Counted from the first letter of the stretch, positions 13,001 through 26,743 are shown. The stretch: 64,000 nt of DNA from Macrostomum hystrix (GCA_950097015.1 CATNEN010000011.1:6448001-6512000), one strand, 5' to 3'. Numbers and translations are program-made. The notes: a model not told the origin generated them from the sequence alone.

Positions 13001-13554
13001 CATGAGGCACTGAAGGGACTGATCATGAGGTACTGAAGGGACTGATCATGAGGCACTGAAGGGACTGATCATGAGGCCATGAAGGACTGATCATGAGGCC
13101 ATGAAGGACTGATCATGAGGCCATGAAGGACTGATCATGAGGCAATGAAGGGACTGATCATGAGGCACGGAAGGACTGATCATGAGGCACTGAAGGGACT
13201 GATCATGAGGCACGGAAGGACTGATCATGAGGCACTGAAGGAGTGATCATGAGGCACTGAAGGAGTGATCATGAGGCACTGAAGGACTGATCATGAGGCA
13301 CTGAAGGGACTGATCATGAGGCACTGAAGGGACTGATCATGAGGTACTGAAGGGACTGATCATGAGGCACTGAAGGAGTGATCATGAGGCACTGAGTGAC
13401 ACTGAGAAAGCAGACCTTAGTGCCACAGTCTCGGACAGATTTCAGGAGCACGCTAAGCTCACCTGGACAGCATGGCGTACACATAGCCCATGGCATCTCC
13501 GCAGTACAAAGCCACATGGTCACCAAAGCACAGTGCATCTTCAGCTGTAACCAT
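1111..13554 (-). CDS. ITPR-like: Divergent inositol 1,4,5-trisphosphate receptor-like Ca2+ channel, N-terminal ~860-900 aa; gene continues past the left edge
   Basis: Exons with GT-AG ends and consistent phases (minus): 13554-13463 (MVTAEDALCFGDHVALY), 12381-12311, 11780-11659 (FKLCAPNRYKLQKEF), 9214-8666 (GKKVLYGQVIQLQH, MIR/beta-trefoil), 8416-8183, 7385-7307, 7227-7139, 7050-6925, 6031-5894 (KRRSKLLRNLR), 5206-5027 (GDSRKNELY), 4953-4831, 3848-3624 (YLELLSVLCVC..NQNFIT, RIH domain), possibly 3547-3431, 2379-2308 (YQLDLFGKLCR), 1991-1761 (GRN..LPCQLRAKYCELI), 1357-1111. Motifs recognised as IP3R/RyR superfamily. Confidence 0.9.
2420..3340 (+). mobile_element. Degenerate non-LTR retrotransposon (LINE) fragment with RT C-terminus and RNase H, antisense in an ITPR-like intron
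   Basis: Frameshifted motifs in the expected order: TPKF..GVILDRSLCF (RT end), LALQQSVLNYAALAWQP, TDGSA..GVAAVI (RNase H motif 1), FAEKQAVLDLVLNWL, SHAGL. Confidence 0.65.
3920..4787. repeat. (ATG/GAT)n trinucleotide microsatellite with GTG/GAG variants, intronic
   Basis: Direct; produces the spurious poly-Met and poly-His ORFs. Confidence 0.97.
5300..5830. repeat. Minisatellite with ctgattggtc core (54-bp dimer of two 27-mers, decaying to shorter units)
   Basis: Direct. Confidence 0.9.
6160..6860. repeat. 27-bp minisatellite (gaccaatcagacaacagggatggtatt)
   Basis: Direct. Confidence 0.95.
7445..8150. repeat. ~22-bp purine-rich minisatellite (gagacagattggggggagaggc)
   Basis: Direct. Confidence 0.95.
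9248..11520. repeat. 21-bp minisatellite (ctgaagtctatcctatcctcc); partial second copy at 15497-16630
   Basis: Direct; lies between exons 3 and 4 of the ITPR-like gene. Confidence 0.97.
11815..12185. repeat. 23-bp minisatellite (cacctgcgaatagacctacatct); duplicate at 16928-17298
   Basis: Direct. Confidence 0.92.
12419..13395. repeat. 22-23-bp minisatellite (tgatcatgaggcactgaagggac); duplicate at 17532-18508
   Basis: Direct. Confidence 0.95.
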
Positions 13555-13794
13555 CACTTGCGTCGGAGTTAAGAAATTATTTCAAGTATAACATGCATAC
13601 ACACAATTCAATTAGTAAATTAGTTGCAGTTGCTTTTAGATGTAGAAAATTTTATCATCACAGATAAGATGATCTATGGCATTTTCTTGCTTTATAGTTC
13701 ATGCTTGAATGTACTCGTAGTTATTTACAATTCTTGAGCCATGGGTTGCCTTAAGTTAAAGTTCATGACTTTGACACATGACATAATTCGTTCA

Positions 13795-15120
13795 CAACTT
13801 TTGCTGCGATTCCATCAACAACTCTTGCTGCGATTCCATTAACAACTGCTGCTGCGATTCCATCAACAACTCTTGCTGCGATTCCATCAACAACTCTTGC
13901 TGTGATTCTATTAACAACTGCTGCTGTGATTCCATCAACAACTCTTGCTGCGATTCCATTAACAACTGCTGCTGCGATTCCATTAACAACTCTTGCTATG
14001 ATTCCATTAACAACTCTTGCTGTGATTCCATTAACAAATGCTGCTGCGATTCCATTAACAACTGCTGCTGCGATTCCATAAACAACTGCTGCTGCGATTC
14101 CATAAACAACTGCTGCTGTGATTCCATAAACAAATCTTGCTGCGATTCCAATAACAACTCTTGCTGCGATTCCATTAACAACTGCTGCTACGATTCCATC
14201 AACAACTCTTGCTGCGATTTCATAAACAACTGCTGCTGCGATTCCATCAACAACTCTTGCTGCGATTCCAATAACAACTCTTGCTGCGATTCCATTAACA
14301 ACTCTTGCTATGATTCCATTAACAACTCTTGCTGCGATTCTATTAACAACTGCTCCTGCGATTCGATTAACAACTCTTGCTGCGATTCCATTAACAACTG
14401 CTGCTGCGATTCCATCAACAACTGTTGCTGCGATTCCATCAACAACTCTTGCTGTGATTCTATTAACAACTGCTGCTGTGATTCCATCAACAACTCTTGC
14501 TGCGATTCCATTAACAACTGCTGCTGCGATTCCATTAACAACTCTTGCTATGATTCCATTAACAACTCTTGCTGTGATTCCATTAACAAATGCTGCTGCG
14601 ATTCCATAAACAACTGCTGCTGCGATTCCATAAACAACTGCTGCTGCGATTCCATCAACAACTGCTGCTGCGATTCCATAAACAACTGCTGCTGTGATTC
14701 CATAAACAAATCTTGCTGCGATTCCAATAACAACTCTTGCTGCGATTCCATTAACAACTCTTGCAGCGATTCCATTAACAACTCGTGCTGCGATTCCATA
14801 AACAACTGCTGCTGCGATTCCATAAACAACTGCTGCTGTGATTCCATAAACAACTGCTGCTGCGATTCCATAAACAACTGCTGCTGCGATTCCATAAACA
14901 ACTGCTGCTACGATTCCATCAACAACTCTTGCTGCGATTTCATAAACAACTGCTGCTGCGATTCCATAAACAACTCTTGCTGCGATTCCAATAACAACTC
15001 TTGCTGCGATTCCATTAACAACAGCTGCTGCGATTCCATTAACAACTGCTGCTGAGATTCCATCAACAACTCTTGCTGCGATTCGATTAACAACTCTTGC
15101 TGCGATTCCATCAACAACTA
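13795..15120. repeat. 24-bp minisatellite (tgctgcgattccattaacaactct); duplicate at 18908-20233
   Basis: Direct. Confidence 0.95.
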
Positions 15121-16771
15121 TAAAAAATGTTTGCTGAGGCTGAGGGTCTATTCTGCCAGTACACTAGATGTCTAGCCTAGTACACTAGAAAGTGAACGTG
15201 GGAACCACAAATAACTATTTAGCAGTAATACGAAGAAATACAAATTTATGGTAGGAACATGATTCGTATCCTGTGTATAAAATCCAATTTTAGCACTGCT
15301 TTATTATTAATTTCATTTTGTTATTCTTGATTCGATTAAAAAAACAAGATTCTAAGAATCAGCAATATCAGCGTAGGAAAATTGGGTAGAAAAAATACAA
15401 AATGAAATGTAACGCATTTACAAAAAGGATTAACAAGCAGGTCACAATTATCTTGAGTACACGCGGTCTACCTACCGCGTGTAGGTTTATGGGATTGAAG
15501 TCTTTCCTATCCTCCCTGAAGTCTATCCTATCCTTCCTGAAGTCTATCCTATCCTTCCTGAAGTCTATCCTATCCTCCCTGAAGTCTATTTTATACTCCC
15601 TGAAGTCTATCCTATCCATCCTGAAGTCTATCCTATCCTCCCTGAAGTCTATCCTATCCTTCCTGAAGTCTATCCTATCCTCCCTGAAGTCTATCCTATC
15701 CTCCATGAAGTCTATCCTATCCTCCCTGAAGTCTATTTTATACTCCCTGAAGTCTGTCCTATCCATCCTGAAGTCTATCCTATCCTTCCTGAAGTCTATC
15801 CTATCCTTCCTGAAGTCTATCCTATCCTCCATGAAGTCTATTTTATACTCCCTGAAGTCTATCCTATCCTCCCTGAAGTCTATCCTATTCACCCTGAAGT
15901 CTTTCCTATCCATCCTGAAGTCTATCCTATCCTCCCTGAAGTCTATCCTATTCACAATGAAGTCTTTCCAATCCGTCCTGAAGTATATCCTATCCTCCCT
16001 GAAGTCTATTTTATACTCCCTGAAGTCTATCCTATCCTCCATGAAGTCTATCCTATCCTTCCTGAAGTCTATCCTATCCTCCCTGAAGTCTATTTTATAC
16101 TCCCTGAAGTCTATCCTATCCTCCCTGAAGTCTATCCTATTCACCCTGAAGTCTTTCCTATCCATCCTGAAGTCTATCCTATCCTCCCTGAAGTCTATTT
16201 TATACTCCCTGAAGTCTATCCTATCCATCCTGAAGTCTATCCTATCCTCCCTGAAGCCTATCCTATCCTCCCTGAAGTCTATCCTATCCTCCCTGAAGTC
16301 TATCCTATCCTCCATGAAGTCTATCCTATCCTCCATGAAGTCTATCCTATCCTCCCTGAAGTCTATCCTATCCTCCCTGAAGTCTATCCTATCCTCCATG
16401 AAGTCTATCCTATCCTCCCTGAAGTCTATCCTATCCTCCATGAAGTCTATCCTATCCTCCCTGAAGTCTATCCTATCCTCCCTGAAGTCTATCCTATCCT
16501 CCATGAAGTCTATCCTATCCTCCCTGAAGTCTATCCTATCCTCCCTGAAGTCTATCCTATCCTCCCTGAAGTCTATCCTATCCTCCATGAAGTCTATCCT
16601 ATCCTCCCTGAAGACCTTTCAAACCTCCCTGAAGTATTTTCTATCCACCTGAAGTCTTTCGTATCCACCATGAAGTCTATCCGATCCACCCAGAAGTATT
16701 TTCTATCCTTCCTAAAGTCTTTCGTATTCCTTTTTATTCCTGAAGTCTGGCAGAATTTCACGTGCACGCAC

Positions 16772-18667
16772 CCGCGCCAGCTCCAGTTGCGTCCGCTGAT
16801 TTTTGTCCTCGGAGTCGGCGTAGAGCCGCGCCAGCTTCTTGAACTCCTTCTGCAGCTTGTAGCGGTTTGGCGCGCACAGCTTAAAAGACACCACTGCGGC
16901 AGGGCGATGGTGGTTTAAGGCCCTGCATCTCACCTGCAAATAGACCTACATCACACCTGTGAATATACCTAAATCTCACCTGCAAATAGACCTACATCAC
17001 ACCTGTGAATATACCTAAATCTCACCTGCAAATAGACCTACATGTTACCTGAAAAATACCTACATTTTACCTGCAAATAGCCCTACATCTCACCTGCAAA
17101 TAGACCTACATCTTAACTGCGAATAGACCTACATTTCACCTGCGAATAGACCTACATCTTAACTGCGAATAGACCTACATCTCACCTGCGAATAGACCTA
17201 CATCTCACCTGCGAATAGACCTACATCTCACCTGCGAATAGACCTACATCTCACCTGCGAATAGACCTACATTTCACCTGCAAATAGACCTACATCTCAA
17301 TTTTAATCAATATTGAATCATATATCTGCATCGAAATACCTTGAATTAACAAATCTCTCTAATTAATTAATCGTATAGAACACTAATTTTAGGCCCACGA
17401 GACAGATGTTAGAAATTTCTCACTCTGAATGTCCCCGCACTGAGTTTGATCTCGGCTCTCGTTGTTGTTCACCGCCAGGTGCGCATGAGCTGAGCTGCGA
17501 AATTCAGTTGCAGAAACTCAGTTAATTTGCCTGATCATGAGGCACTGAAGGGACTGATCATGAGGCACTGAAGGGACTGATCATGAGGCACTGAAGGGAC
17601 TGATCATGAGGCACTGAAGGGACTGATCATGAGGCACTGAAGGAGTGATCATGAGGCACTGAAGGGACTGATCATGAGGCACTGAAGGGACTGATCATGA
17701 GGCACTGAAGGGACTGATCATGAGGCACAGAAGGGACTGATCATGAGGCACTGAAGGAGTGATCATGAGGCACTGAAGGACTGACTGATTATGAGGCACT
17801 GAAGGGACTGATCATGAGGCCATGAAGGACTGATCATGAGACACTGAAGGGACTGATCATGAGGCACTGAAGGGACTGATCATGAGGCCATGAAGGACTG
17901 ATCATGAGGCACTGAAGGGACTGATCATGAGGCACTGAAGGGACTGATCATGAGGTACTGAAGGACTGACTGATTATGAGGCACTGAAGGGACTGATCAT
18001 GAGGCCATGAAGGACTGATCATGAGGCACTGAAGGGACTGATCATGAGGTACTGAAGGACTGACTGATTATGAGGCACTGAAGGGACTGATCATGAGGCC
18101 ATGAAGGACTGATCATGAGGCACTGAAGGGACTGATCATGAGGTACTGAAGGGACTGATCATGAGGCACTGAAGGGACTGATCATGAGGCCATGAAGGAC
18201 TGATCATGAGGCCATGAAGGACTGATCATGAGGCCATGAAGGACTGATCATGAGGCAATGAAGGGACTGATCATGAGGCACGGAAGGACTGATCATGAGG
18301 CACTGAAGGGACTGATCATGAGGCACGGAAGGACTGATCATGAGGCACTGAAGGAGTGATCATGAGGCACTGAAGGAGTGATCATGAGGCACTGAAGGAC
18401 TGATCATGAGGCACTGAAGGGACTGATCATGAGGCACTGAAGGGACTGATCATGAGGTACTGAAGGGACTGATCATGAGGCACTGAAGGAGTGATCATGA
18501 GGCACTGAGTGACACTGAGAAAGCAGACCTTAGTGCCACAGTCTCGGACAGATTTCAGGAGCACGCTAAGCTCACCTGGACAGCATGGCGTACACATAGC
18601 CCATGGCATCTCCGCAGTACAAAGCCACATGGTCACCAAAGCACAGTGCATCTTCAGCTGTAACCAT
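16772..18667 (-). pseudogene. Duplicated copy of ITPR-like coding exons 1-3 (partial gene duplicate or alternative 5' end)
   Basis: Exons 18667-18576, 17494-17424 and 16893-16772 match exons 1-3 shifted by exactly 5113 bp; the ORF track shows identical ORF pairs (11599/16712, 13314/18427). Confidence 0.8.
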
Positions 18668-20967
18668 CACTTGCGTCGGAGTTAAGAAATTATTTCAAGT
18701 ATAACATGCATACACACAATTCAATTAGTAAATTAGTTGCAGTTGCTTTTAGATGTAGAAAATTTTATCATCACAGATAAGATGATCTATGGCATTTTCT
18801 TGCTTTATAGTTCATGCTTGAATGTACTCGTAGTTATTTACAATTCTTGAGCCATGGGTTGCCTTAAGTTAAAGTTCATGACTTTGACACATGACATAAT
18901 TCGTTCACAACTTTTGCTGCGATTCCATCAACAACTCTTGCTGCGATTCCATTAACAACTGCTGCTGCGATTCCATCAACAACTCTTGCTGCGATTCCAT
19001 CAACAACTCTTGCTGTGATTCTATTAACAACTGCTGCTGTGATTCCATCAACAACTCTTGCTGCGATTCCATTAACAACTGCTGCTGCGATTCCATTAAC
19101 AACTCTTGCTATGATTCCATTAACAACTCTTGCTGTGATTCCATTAACAAATGCTGCTGCGATTCCATTAACAACTGCTGCTGCGATTCCATAAACAACT
19201 GCTGCTGCGATTCCATAAACAACTGCTGCTGTGATTCCATAAACAAATCTTGCTGCGATTCCAATAACAACTCTTGCTGCGATTCCATTAACAACTGCTG
19301 CTACGATTCCATCAACAACTCTTGCTGCGATTTCATAAACAACTGCTGCTGCGATTCCATCAACAACTCTTGCTGCGATTCCAATAACAACTCTTGCTGT
19401 GATTCCATTAACAACTCTTGCTATGATTCCATTAACAACTCTTGCTGCGATTCTATTAACAACTGCTCCTGCGATTCGATTAACAACTCTTGCTGCGATT
19501 CCATTAACAACTGCTGCTGCGATTCCATCAACAACTGTTGCTGCGATTCCATCAACAACTCTTGCTGTGATTCTATTAACAACTGCTGCTGTGATTCCAT
19601 CAACAACTCTTGCTGCGATTCCATTAACAACTGCTGCTGCGATTCCATTAACAACTCTTGCTATGATTCCATTAACAACTCTTGCTGTGATTCCATTAAC
19701 AAATGCTGCTGCGATTCCATAAACAACTGCTGCTGCGATTCCATAAACAACTGCTGCTGCGATTCCATCAACAACTGCTGCTGCGATTCCATAAACAACT
19801 GCTGCTGTGATTCCATAAACAAATCTTGCTGCGATTCCAATAACAACTCTTGCTGCGATTCCATTAACAACTCTTGCAGCGATTCCATTAACAACTCGTG
19901 CTGCGATTCCATAAACAACTGCTGCTGCGATTCCATAAACAACTGCTGCTGTGATTCCATAAACAACTGCTGCTGCGATTCCATAAACAACTGCTGCTGC
20001 GATTCCATAAACAACTGCTGCTACGATTCCATCAACAACTCTTGCTGCGATTTCATAAACAACTGCTGCTGCGATTCCATAAACAACTCTTGCTGCGATT
20101 CCAATAACAACTCTTGCTGCGATTCCATTAACAACAGCTGCTGCGATTCCATTAACAACTGCTGCTGAGATTCCATCAACAACTCTTGCTGCGATTCGAT
20201 TAACAACTCTTGCTGCGATTCCATCAACAACTATAAAAAATGTTTGCTGAGGCTGAGGGTCTATTCTGCCAGTACACTAGATGTCTAGCCTAGTACACTA
20301 GAAAGTGAACGTGGGAACCACAAATAACTATTTAGCAGTAATACGAAGAAATACAAATTTATGGTAGGAACATGATTCGTATCCTGTGTATAAAATCCAA
20401 TTTTAGCACTGCTTTATTATTAATTTCATTTTGTTATTCTTGATTCGATTAAAAAAACAAGATTCTAAGAATCAGCAATATCAGCGTAGGAAAATTGGGT
20501 AGAAAAAATACAAAATGAAATGTAACGCATTTACAAAAAGGATTAACAAGCAGGTCACAATTATCTTGAGTACACGCGGTCTACCTACCGCGTGTAGGTT
20601 TATGGGATTGGGGGAAACACCACGTGGGTAATTCAAATACCCACTGCCTCCCTCACGATGCAGACTCTGAACTTTTTGAGAAAGTTAAAATTACTAAGAA
20701 AATCAATCAGTTAGATTACTAAATAAAAGGTAGGAATGAAGAGCAAGCAGGATTGGCTAGGCTGACGTGCAGAGAAAGTTGGCAAAGAAGAAATTAAAAA
20801 GAACCAAAATATTGAACTATGAATGAAAATTTGTGTAAAAACTTGCTTGACAAAATTTATACTCACAATTACCTTTACACGACCGAAATGTATCGAAAGC
20901 AGATCGAAATGTATCGAAAATTCATTACTACATAATTCGATTGTGAAGCAAATATCGGAAGATACAT

Positions 20968-23340
20968 ATTGGATTTGGGAGTGAGTGAATTGTGATTCAC
21001 ATGGGATTTGGGAGTGAGTGAATTGTGATTCACATGGGATTTGGGAGTGAGTGAACTGTGATTCACATGGGATTTGGGAGTGAGTGAATTGTGATTTACA
21101 TGGGATTTGGGAGTGAGTGATGCGTGATTCACATGGGATTTGGGAGTGAGTGATGCGTGATTCACATGGGATTTGGGAGTGAGTGAACTGTGATTCACAT
21201 GGGATTTGGGAGTGAGTGAACTGTGATTCACATGGGATTTGGGAGTGAGTGAACTGTGATTCACATGGGATTTGGGAGTGAGTGAATTGTGATTCACATG
21301 GGATTTGGGAGTGAGTGAACTGTGATTCACATGGGATTTGGGAGTGAGTGATGCGTGATTCACATGGGATTTGGGAGTGAGTGATGCGTGATTCACATGG
21401 GATTTGGGAGTGAGTGAACTGTGATTCACATGGGATTTGGGAGTGAGTGAACTGTGATTCACATGGGATTTAGGAGTGAGTGAATTGTGATTCACATGGG
21501 ATTTGGGAGTGAGTGATGCGTGATTCACATGGGATTTGGGAGTGAGTGAACTGTGATTTACATGGGATTTGGGAGTGAGTGAATTGTGATTCACATGGGA
21601 TTTGGGAGTGAGTGAACTGTGATTCACATGGGATTTGGGAGTGAGTGAACTGTGATTCACATGGGATTTGGGAGTGAGTGAACTGTGATTCACATGGGAT
21701 TTGGGAGTGAGTGAACTGTGATTTACATGGGATTTGGGAGTGAGTGAACTGTGATTCACATGGGATTTGGGAGTGAGTGAACTGTGATTCACATGGGATT
21801 TAGGAGTGAGTGAACTGCGATTCACATGGGATTTGGGAGTGAGTGAACTGCGATTCACATGGGATTTAGGAGTGAGTGAATTGTGATTCACATGGGATTT
21901 GGGAGTGAGTGAATTGTGATTCACATGGGATTTGGGAGTGAGTGAATTGTGATTCACATGGGATTTGGGAGTGAGTGAATTGTGATTCACATGGGATTTG
22001 GGAGTGAGTGAACTGTGATTCACATGGGATTTGGGAGTGAGTGATGCGTGATTCACATGGGATTTGGGAGTGAGTGAACTGTGATTTACATGGGATTTGG
22101 GAGTGAGTGAACTGTGATTCACATGGGATTTGGGAGTGAGTGAACTGTGATTCACATGGGATTTGGGAGTGAGTGAACTGTGATTCACATGGGATTTGGG
22201 AGTGAGTGAATTGTGATTCACATGGGATTTGGGAGTGAGTGAACTGTGATTCACATGGGATTTGGGAGTGAGTGAACTGTGATTTACATGGGATTTGGGA
22301 GTGAGTGAACTGTGATTCACATGGGATTTGGGAGTGAGTGAACTGTGATTCACATGGGATTTGGGAGTGAGTGAACTGTGATTCACATGGGATTTGGGAG
22401 TGAGTGAACTGTGATTCACATGGGATTTAGGAGTGAGTGAACTGCGATTCACATGGGATTTGGGAGTGAGTGAACTGCGATTCACATGGGATTTAGGAGT
22501 GAGTGAATTGTGATTCACATGGGATTTGGGAGTGAGTGAATTGTGATTCACATGGGATTTGGGAGTGAGTGAATTGTGATTCACATGGGATTTGGGAGTG
22601 AGTGAATTGTGATTCACATGGGATTTGGGAGTGAGTGAACTGTGATTCACATGGGATTTGGGAGTGAGTGATGCGTGATTCACATGGGATTTGGGAGTGA
22701 GTGAACTGTGATTTACATGGGATTTGGGAGTGAGTGAACTGTGATTCACATGGGATTTGGGAGTGAGTGAACTGTGATTCACATGGGATTTGGGAGTGAG
22801 TGAACTGTGATTCACATGGGATTTGGGAGTGAGTGAATTGTGATTCACATGGGATTTGGGAGTGAGTGAACTGTGATTCACATGGGATTTTGGAGTGAGT
22901 GAACTGTGATTCACATGGGATTTGGGAGTGAGTGAATTGTGATTCACATGGGATTTGGGAGTGAGTGAATTGTGATTCACATGAGATTTGGGAGTGAGTG
23001 AACTGTGATTCACATGGGATTTGGGAGTGAGTGAATTGTGATTCACATGGGATTTGGGAGTGAGTGAACTGTGATTCACATGGGATTTAGGAGTGAGTGA
23101 ACTGCGATTCACATGGGATTTGGGAGTGAGTGAACTGTGATTTACATGGGATTTGGGAGTGAGTGAACTGTGATTCACATGGGATTTGGGAGTGAGTGAA
23201 TTGTGATTCACATGGGATTTGGGAGTGAGTGAACTGTGATTCACATGGGATTTGGGAGTGAGTGAATTGTGATTCACATGGGATTTGGGAGTGAGTGATG
23301 TGTGATTCACATGGGATTTGGGAGTGAGTGAACTGTGATT
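20968..23340. repeat. 33-bp minisatellite (gggatttgggagtgagtgaactgtgattcacat), intergenic, ~72 units
   Basis: Direct. Confidence 0.97.
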
Positions 23341-23924
23341 AAGAATGGTTTCAGGGTCTCGAAAGTAAAATCGAAAAAAGCAGAAAAAATCATACAATGC
23401 GAAAACAAATTAATGGTAAATGTGAACTACGAGATTAATTAATTAACCGATATGTATGGAAAAACGCTAAGTAGCGACAATTAAAAAAATCATTACGATC
23501 ATTTATATCCATGATAAAAAATAGATTGGCAACTTATAGACATAAAAAGCCTAATTCATAAAACGTCAATTAGCAATGAAACAAAATTCAATCCGTTTTA
23601 AAAAGTGAAAAACTGCAGCTAATGGAGTTACTAGTGCGATAATTTTGTCTGCACTAAAGACACTACTTAAACAAGTAGTTTGTTTAACTAAGTTAATTGA
23701 CGAAAAGCGAAACTTAAATTAAATAAATGGAAACTTTTATTGTGCTATTTCTAGTAGCATTTAAGAAGAAATTAGAGATCGAGAGTTCGAATCTTGAGAA
23801 ACTTCATTCCCTAGAGTTTCTGCTAGCAAACCTAGCTGTACAAAGGCAGCAGAATCAGGTGCAATTATTATTTATCCATTTAAAAAAGCAATTCCGTTCA
23901 GTTTTCGATTGTCACTGATAGCGG

Positions 23925-26743
23925 TCAGATCCAACGCAGAAATAGAACAGTCAGGCCCGCCAGCACAACAGCACCGACTGCTACAACGATGGTCACGGTA
24001 TTCAGTCCGGAGCTGTCGTCGGTGCGTTTTTCACTGTCAGAAGTTTCCACAGAAGCCGAAACAGAAACAGCAGCAGCAGCAGCAGCAGCAGCTGTGTCGT
24101 CAGTTTTAACTTCGATAGCTTCAACTTTGGCTTCTTCTTCAGCCAACAGTTTGTCCAATTCTTCGTCATTTAGCACCCGATCGGAATCTGCCGAGGAATC
24201 GTCCGTAGAGGAACTCAGATCGGCGAGGTTGGGGTCCGCAGTGGATGCGGTCGGAGGCCGAGGAACGCCGCGGTCGTTGTTTGAGTTTCCATTTGAGCTG
24301 TCATCGTCACTGTCGCTGCTGCTGTCGTCCTGCGCATTGTCAACAGCGTGGACATTGTCCGCAGCGTCCACTCGGAATTCCAGGGTGCCAGCATCAGCCG
24401 CGTACACGGCGGCAGCCGGGGTCGAAGCCGCACCGTCGGTTGCCAGCATTCGCCGCCCGGCAACAGCCACAGCCAGGTAGCAGAAGCGCAGCTGTTCGGG
24501 AGTTTGCACCTGAGGATGGCCGCGATATGGGATCGGGACTGGATAAAGTACAGCAGAGAGCGGGAGTTACAGAATTTAAATGCAGAAGGCAAAGTTCTAG
24601 AAACAAACAAGATGGGATTTCGCAAACAACAAGAAAAGGATTTTCCAAGAATAAAAATGGGATGGCCTATAAAAAGGCTAGGATTTCTCAAACAAACACT
24701 ATTAAAGTTCTCATAAAATAAGATGAGATTTCCCAAAAAACTACATGGGATTTCCCAAAAAACAACATGGGATTTCCCAAAAAAACAAGATGAGATTTCC
24801 TAAAAAACAAGATGGGATTTCCCAAAAAACAACATGGATTTCACAAAGAAACTACATGGTATTTCCCAATAAAAACAAAATGGGATTTCCCAAAAACAAC
24901 ATAGGGTTTCCAAAAATAGATAGGATTTCCCAAAAAAACATGGGATTTCCTAAAAACTAGATGGGATTTCCCAAAAAACGACATGGGATTTCACAAAAAC
25001 AACATGGGATTTCCCCAAAACACAACATGGGATTTCACAAAAAACAACAAGGGATATCGCAAAAAACAGCATGGTATTTCCGAGAAAACATAGGATTTCC
25101 AATGAAAAGCTAGGATTTCCTAAACAAAGAGTATGGGAGTTCCCATGAATAGGATGAGATTTACCAAACAAAATGATGGGGTTTCCCAAAATAAGAGTGT
25201 AGGCATTAAACAGAAATGCTGCATTTAATTGGACATACTCACAGCCCAGCACTCACCAGTCCCATCCGGTACCGCCTCATTTGCCGCAGTTCGAATGCCA
25301 AATCTAGCGGCTGCAGCTCCGATGATTTGCCAAGCTGCAAATGTTTCCACTGTTGAGCCAGTAAAGCCAGACAGGTATCAACCAGAGCAAATGTACCTGT
25401 CCTGCCAATGCCAGCCGAACAGTGTACAATAGGAGGCCGGTTCAAACAGTCAGACAGCAAGCCGGCCCGCCTGACGGCCATTAGAAAGTTAAGAAAAGCG
25501 CCGGGAGTGTGAGGCACACCGAAATCTGGCCAGGTCAGGTACTGGAATTGCAACAGCTCGCGTGATTCCCCTGAGTCCACTAGGACTATGCGGCACAGTC
25601 TAGTAACGTAGTAGCCATAATCTCTAGTCTCCAGTAGTTCCACAGTCAAGCCTTCGTTAGCGAATTCCAGCTTTGGTCGACGTTCGTCAGGAAAATATTG
25701 GTGACACTTCACTGTAGCTTTCTCAACTAGCCGGCTAAGCATCACGATGCCTGGGCTGCGGAGCTGCCAGACCATCTGCCAGAAGTGACCGCTGGTTGAA
25801 GGCAGCGGACCCTGCGGAGAGAGAAGCGAAATAATGTTTAGGGAGAGTCTGGGAGGGTGAAGAGGAGTCTGGTAGGGGGAGGGAGAGAGTCTGGTAGGGG
25901 GAGGGAGAGAGTCTGGTAGGGGGAGGGAGAGAGTCTGGTAGGGTGAGGGAGAGAGTCTGGTAGGGGGAGGGAGAGATCTGGTAGGGCGAGTGAGAGTCTG
26001 GTAGGGTGAGAGAGAGTCCGGTAGGGTAAGGGAGAGTCTGGTAGGGGGAGGGAGAGTCCGGTAGGGTAAGGGAGAGTCTGGTAGGGGGAGGGAGAGAGTC
26101 TGGTAGGGGGAGGGAGAGAGTCTGGTAGGGGGAGGGAGAGAGTCTGGTAGGGTGAGGGAGAGAGTCTGGTAGGGGGAGAGAGAGTCTGGTAGGGTAAGGG
26201 AGAGTCTGGTAGGGTAAGAGAGAGTCTGGTAGGGTGAGGGAGAGTCTGGAGGTAAAGAGGAGTCTGGTTGAATCCAATGTTGAGCATATGCTCAGTGGCA
26301 TCTTAGATGAGGTGATAATGGCGTCACATGATGCGACTGGAGTCTAATAGGGTAAGGGAGAGTCTGGTAGGGCGAGGGAGAGTCTGGTAGAGCGAGGGAG
26401 AGTCTGGTAGGGCGAGGGAGAGTCTGGTCAACCCAGCAAGATGCCTTACCTGTGTCATAACATAAGCCCTATCAGCATGCGCAGCGGTGACCAGACTAGC
26501 ATTGATGTAGTCGCACCATCCAATGCCCTCAAAATCGTCCAGATAGGCAGCCTGTCGTCTCTGCCTCGCCAACGGCAGCAGCCGCACCCGGCTGTGGTCG
26601 TAGGGCAGAACGTCTCTGTAGCGATTCCGCTGCCTACTGCCGGGGTCGCGAGCTACGCCAGTCGACGCCTCGGCGCTTGACTCTCCGGCCTCGTTGCGAC
26701 CGCGGCGGTAAACCTCCTGGCATGGGGATTCGTTAGGGAGCAT
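23925..26743 (-). CDS. PTPN1-like: Non-receptor protein tyrosine phosphatase, PTP1B/TC-PTP type, with C-terminal membrane anchor (477 aa if started at ATG 26743)
   Basis: Exons 26743-26450 (RNRYRDVLPYDHSRV, YINAS, YVMTQ), 25811-25257 (GPLPSTSGHFWQMVW, KCHQYFP, WPDFGVP, HCSAGIGRTG), 24509-23925 (QTPEQLRF, acidic linker, hydrophobic tail VTIVVAVGAVVLAGLTVLFLRWI). All junctions phase 0 with GT-AG. Confidence 0.92.
24720..25190. repeat. Degenerate ~21-bp minisatellite (catgggatttcccaaaaaaca) in the last PTP intron
   Basis: Direct. Confidence 0.85.
25845..26430. repeat. ~20-22-bp minisatellite (agagtctggtagggggaggg) in a PTP intron, interrupted by a 73-bp insert
   Basis: Direct. Confidence 0.92.

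Larger units (their letters stand above)
10384..20609. repeat. Direct tandem segmental duplication, unit 5113 bp (10384-15496 and 15497-20609)
   Basis: Junction tttatgggatt|gaagtctttcc at 15496/15497; second copy ends tttatgggatt at 20609; one substitution seen (C14287 vs T19400). Confidence 0.95.

Noticed and set aside
20875-23397. 840-aa ORF (LTPKSHVNHSS)n
   Set aside because: A stop-free 33-bp satellite with no unique coding flanks or supporting splice structure.
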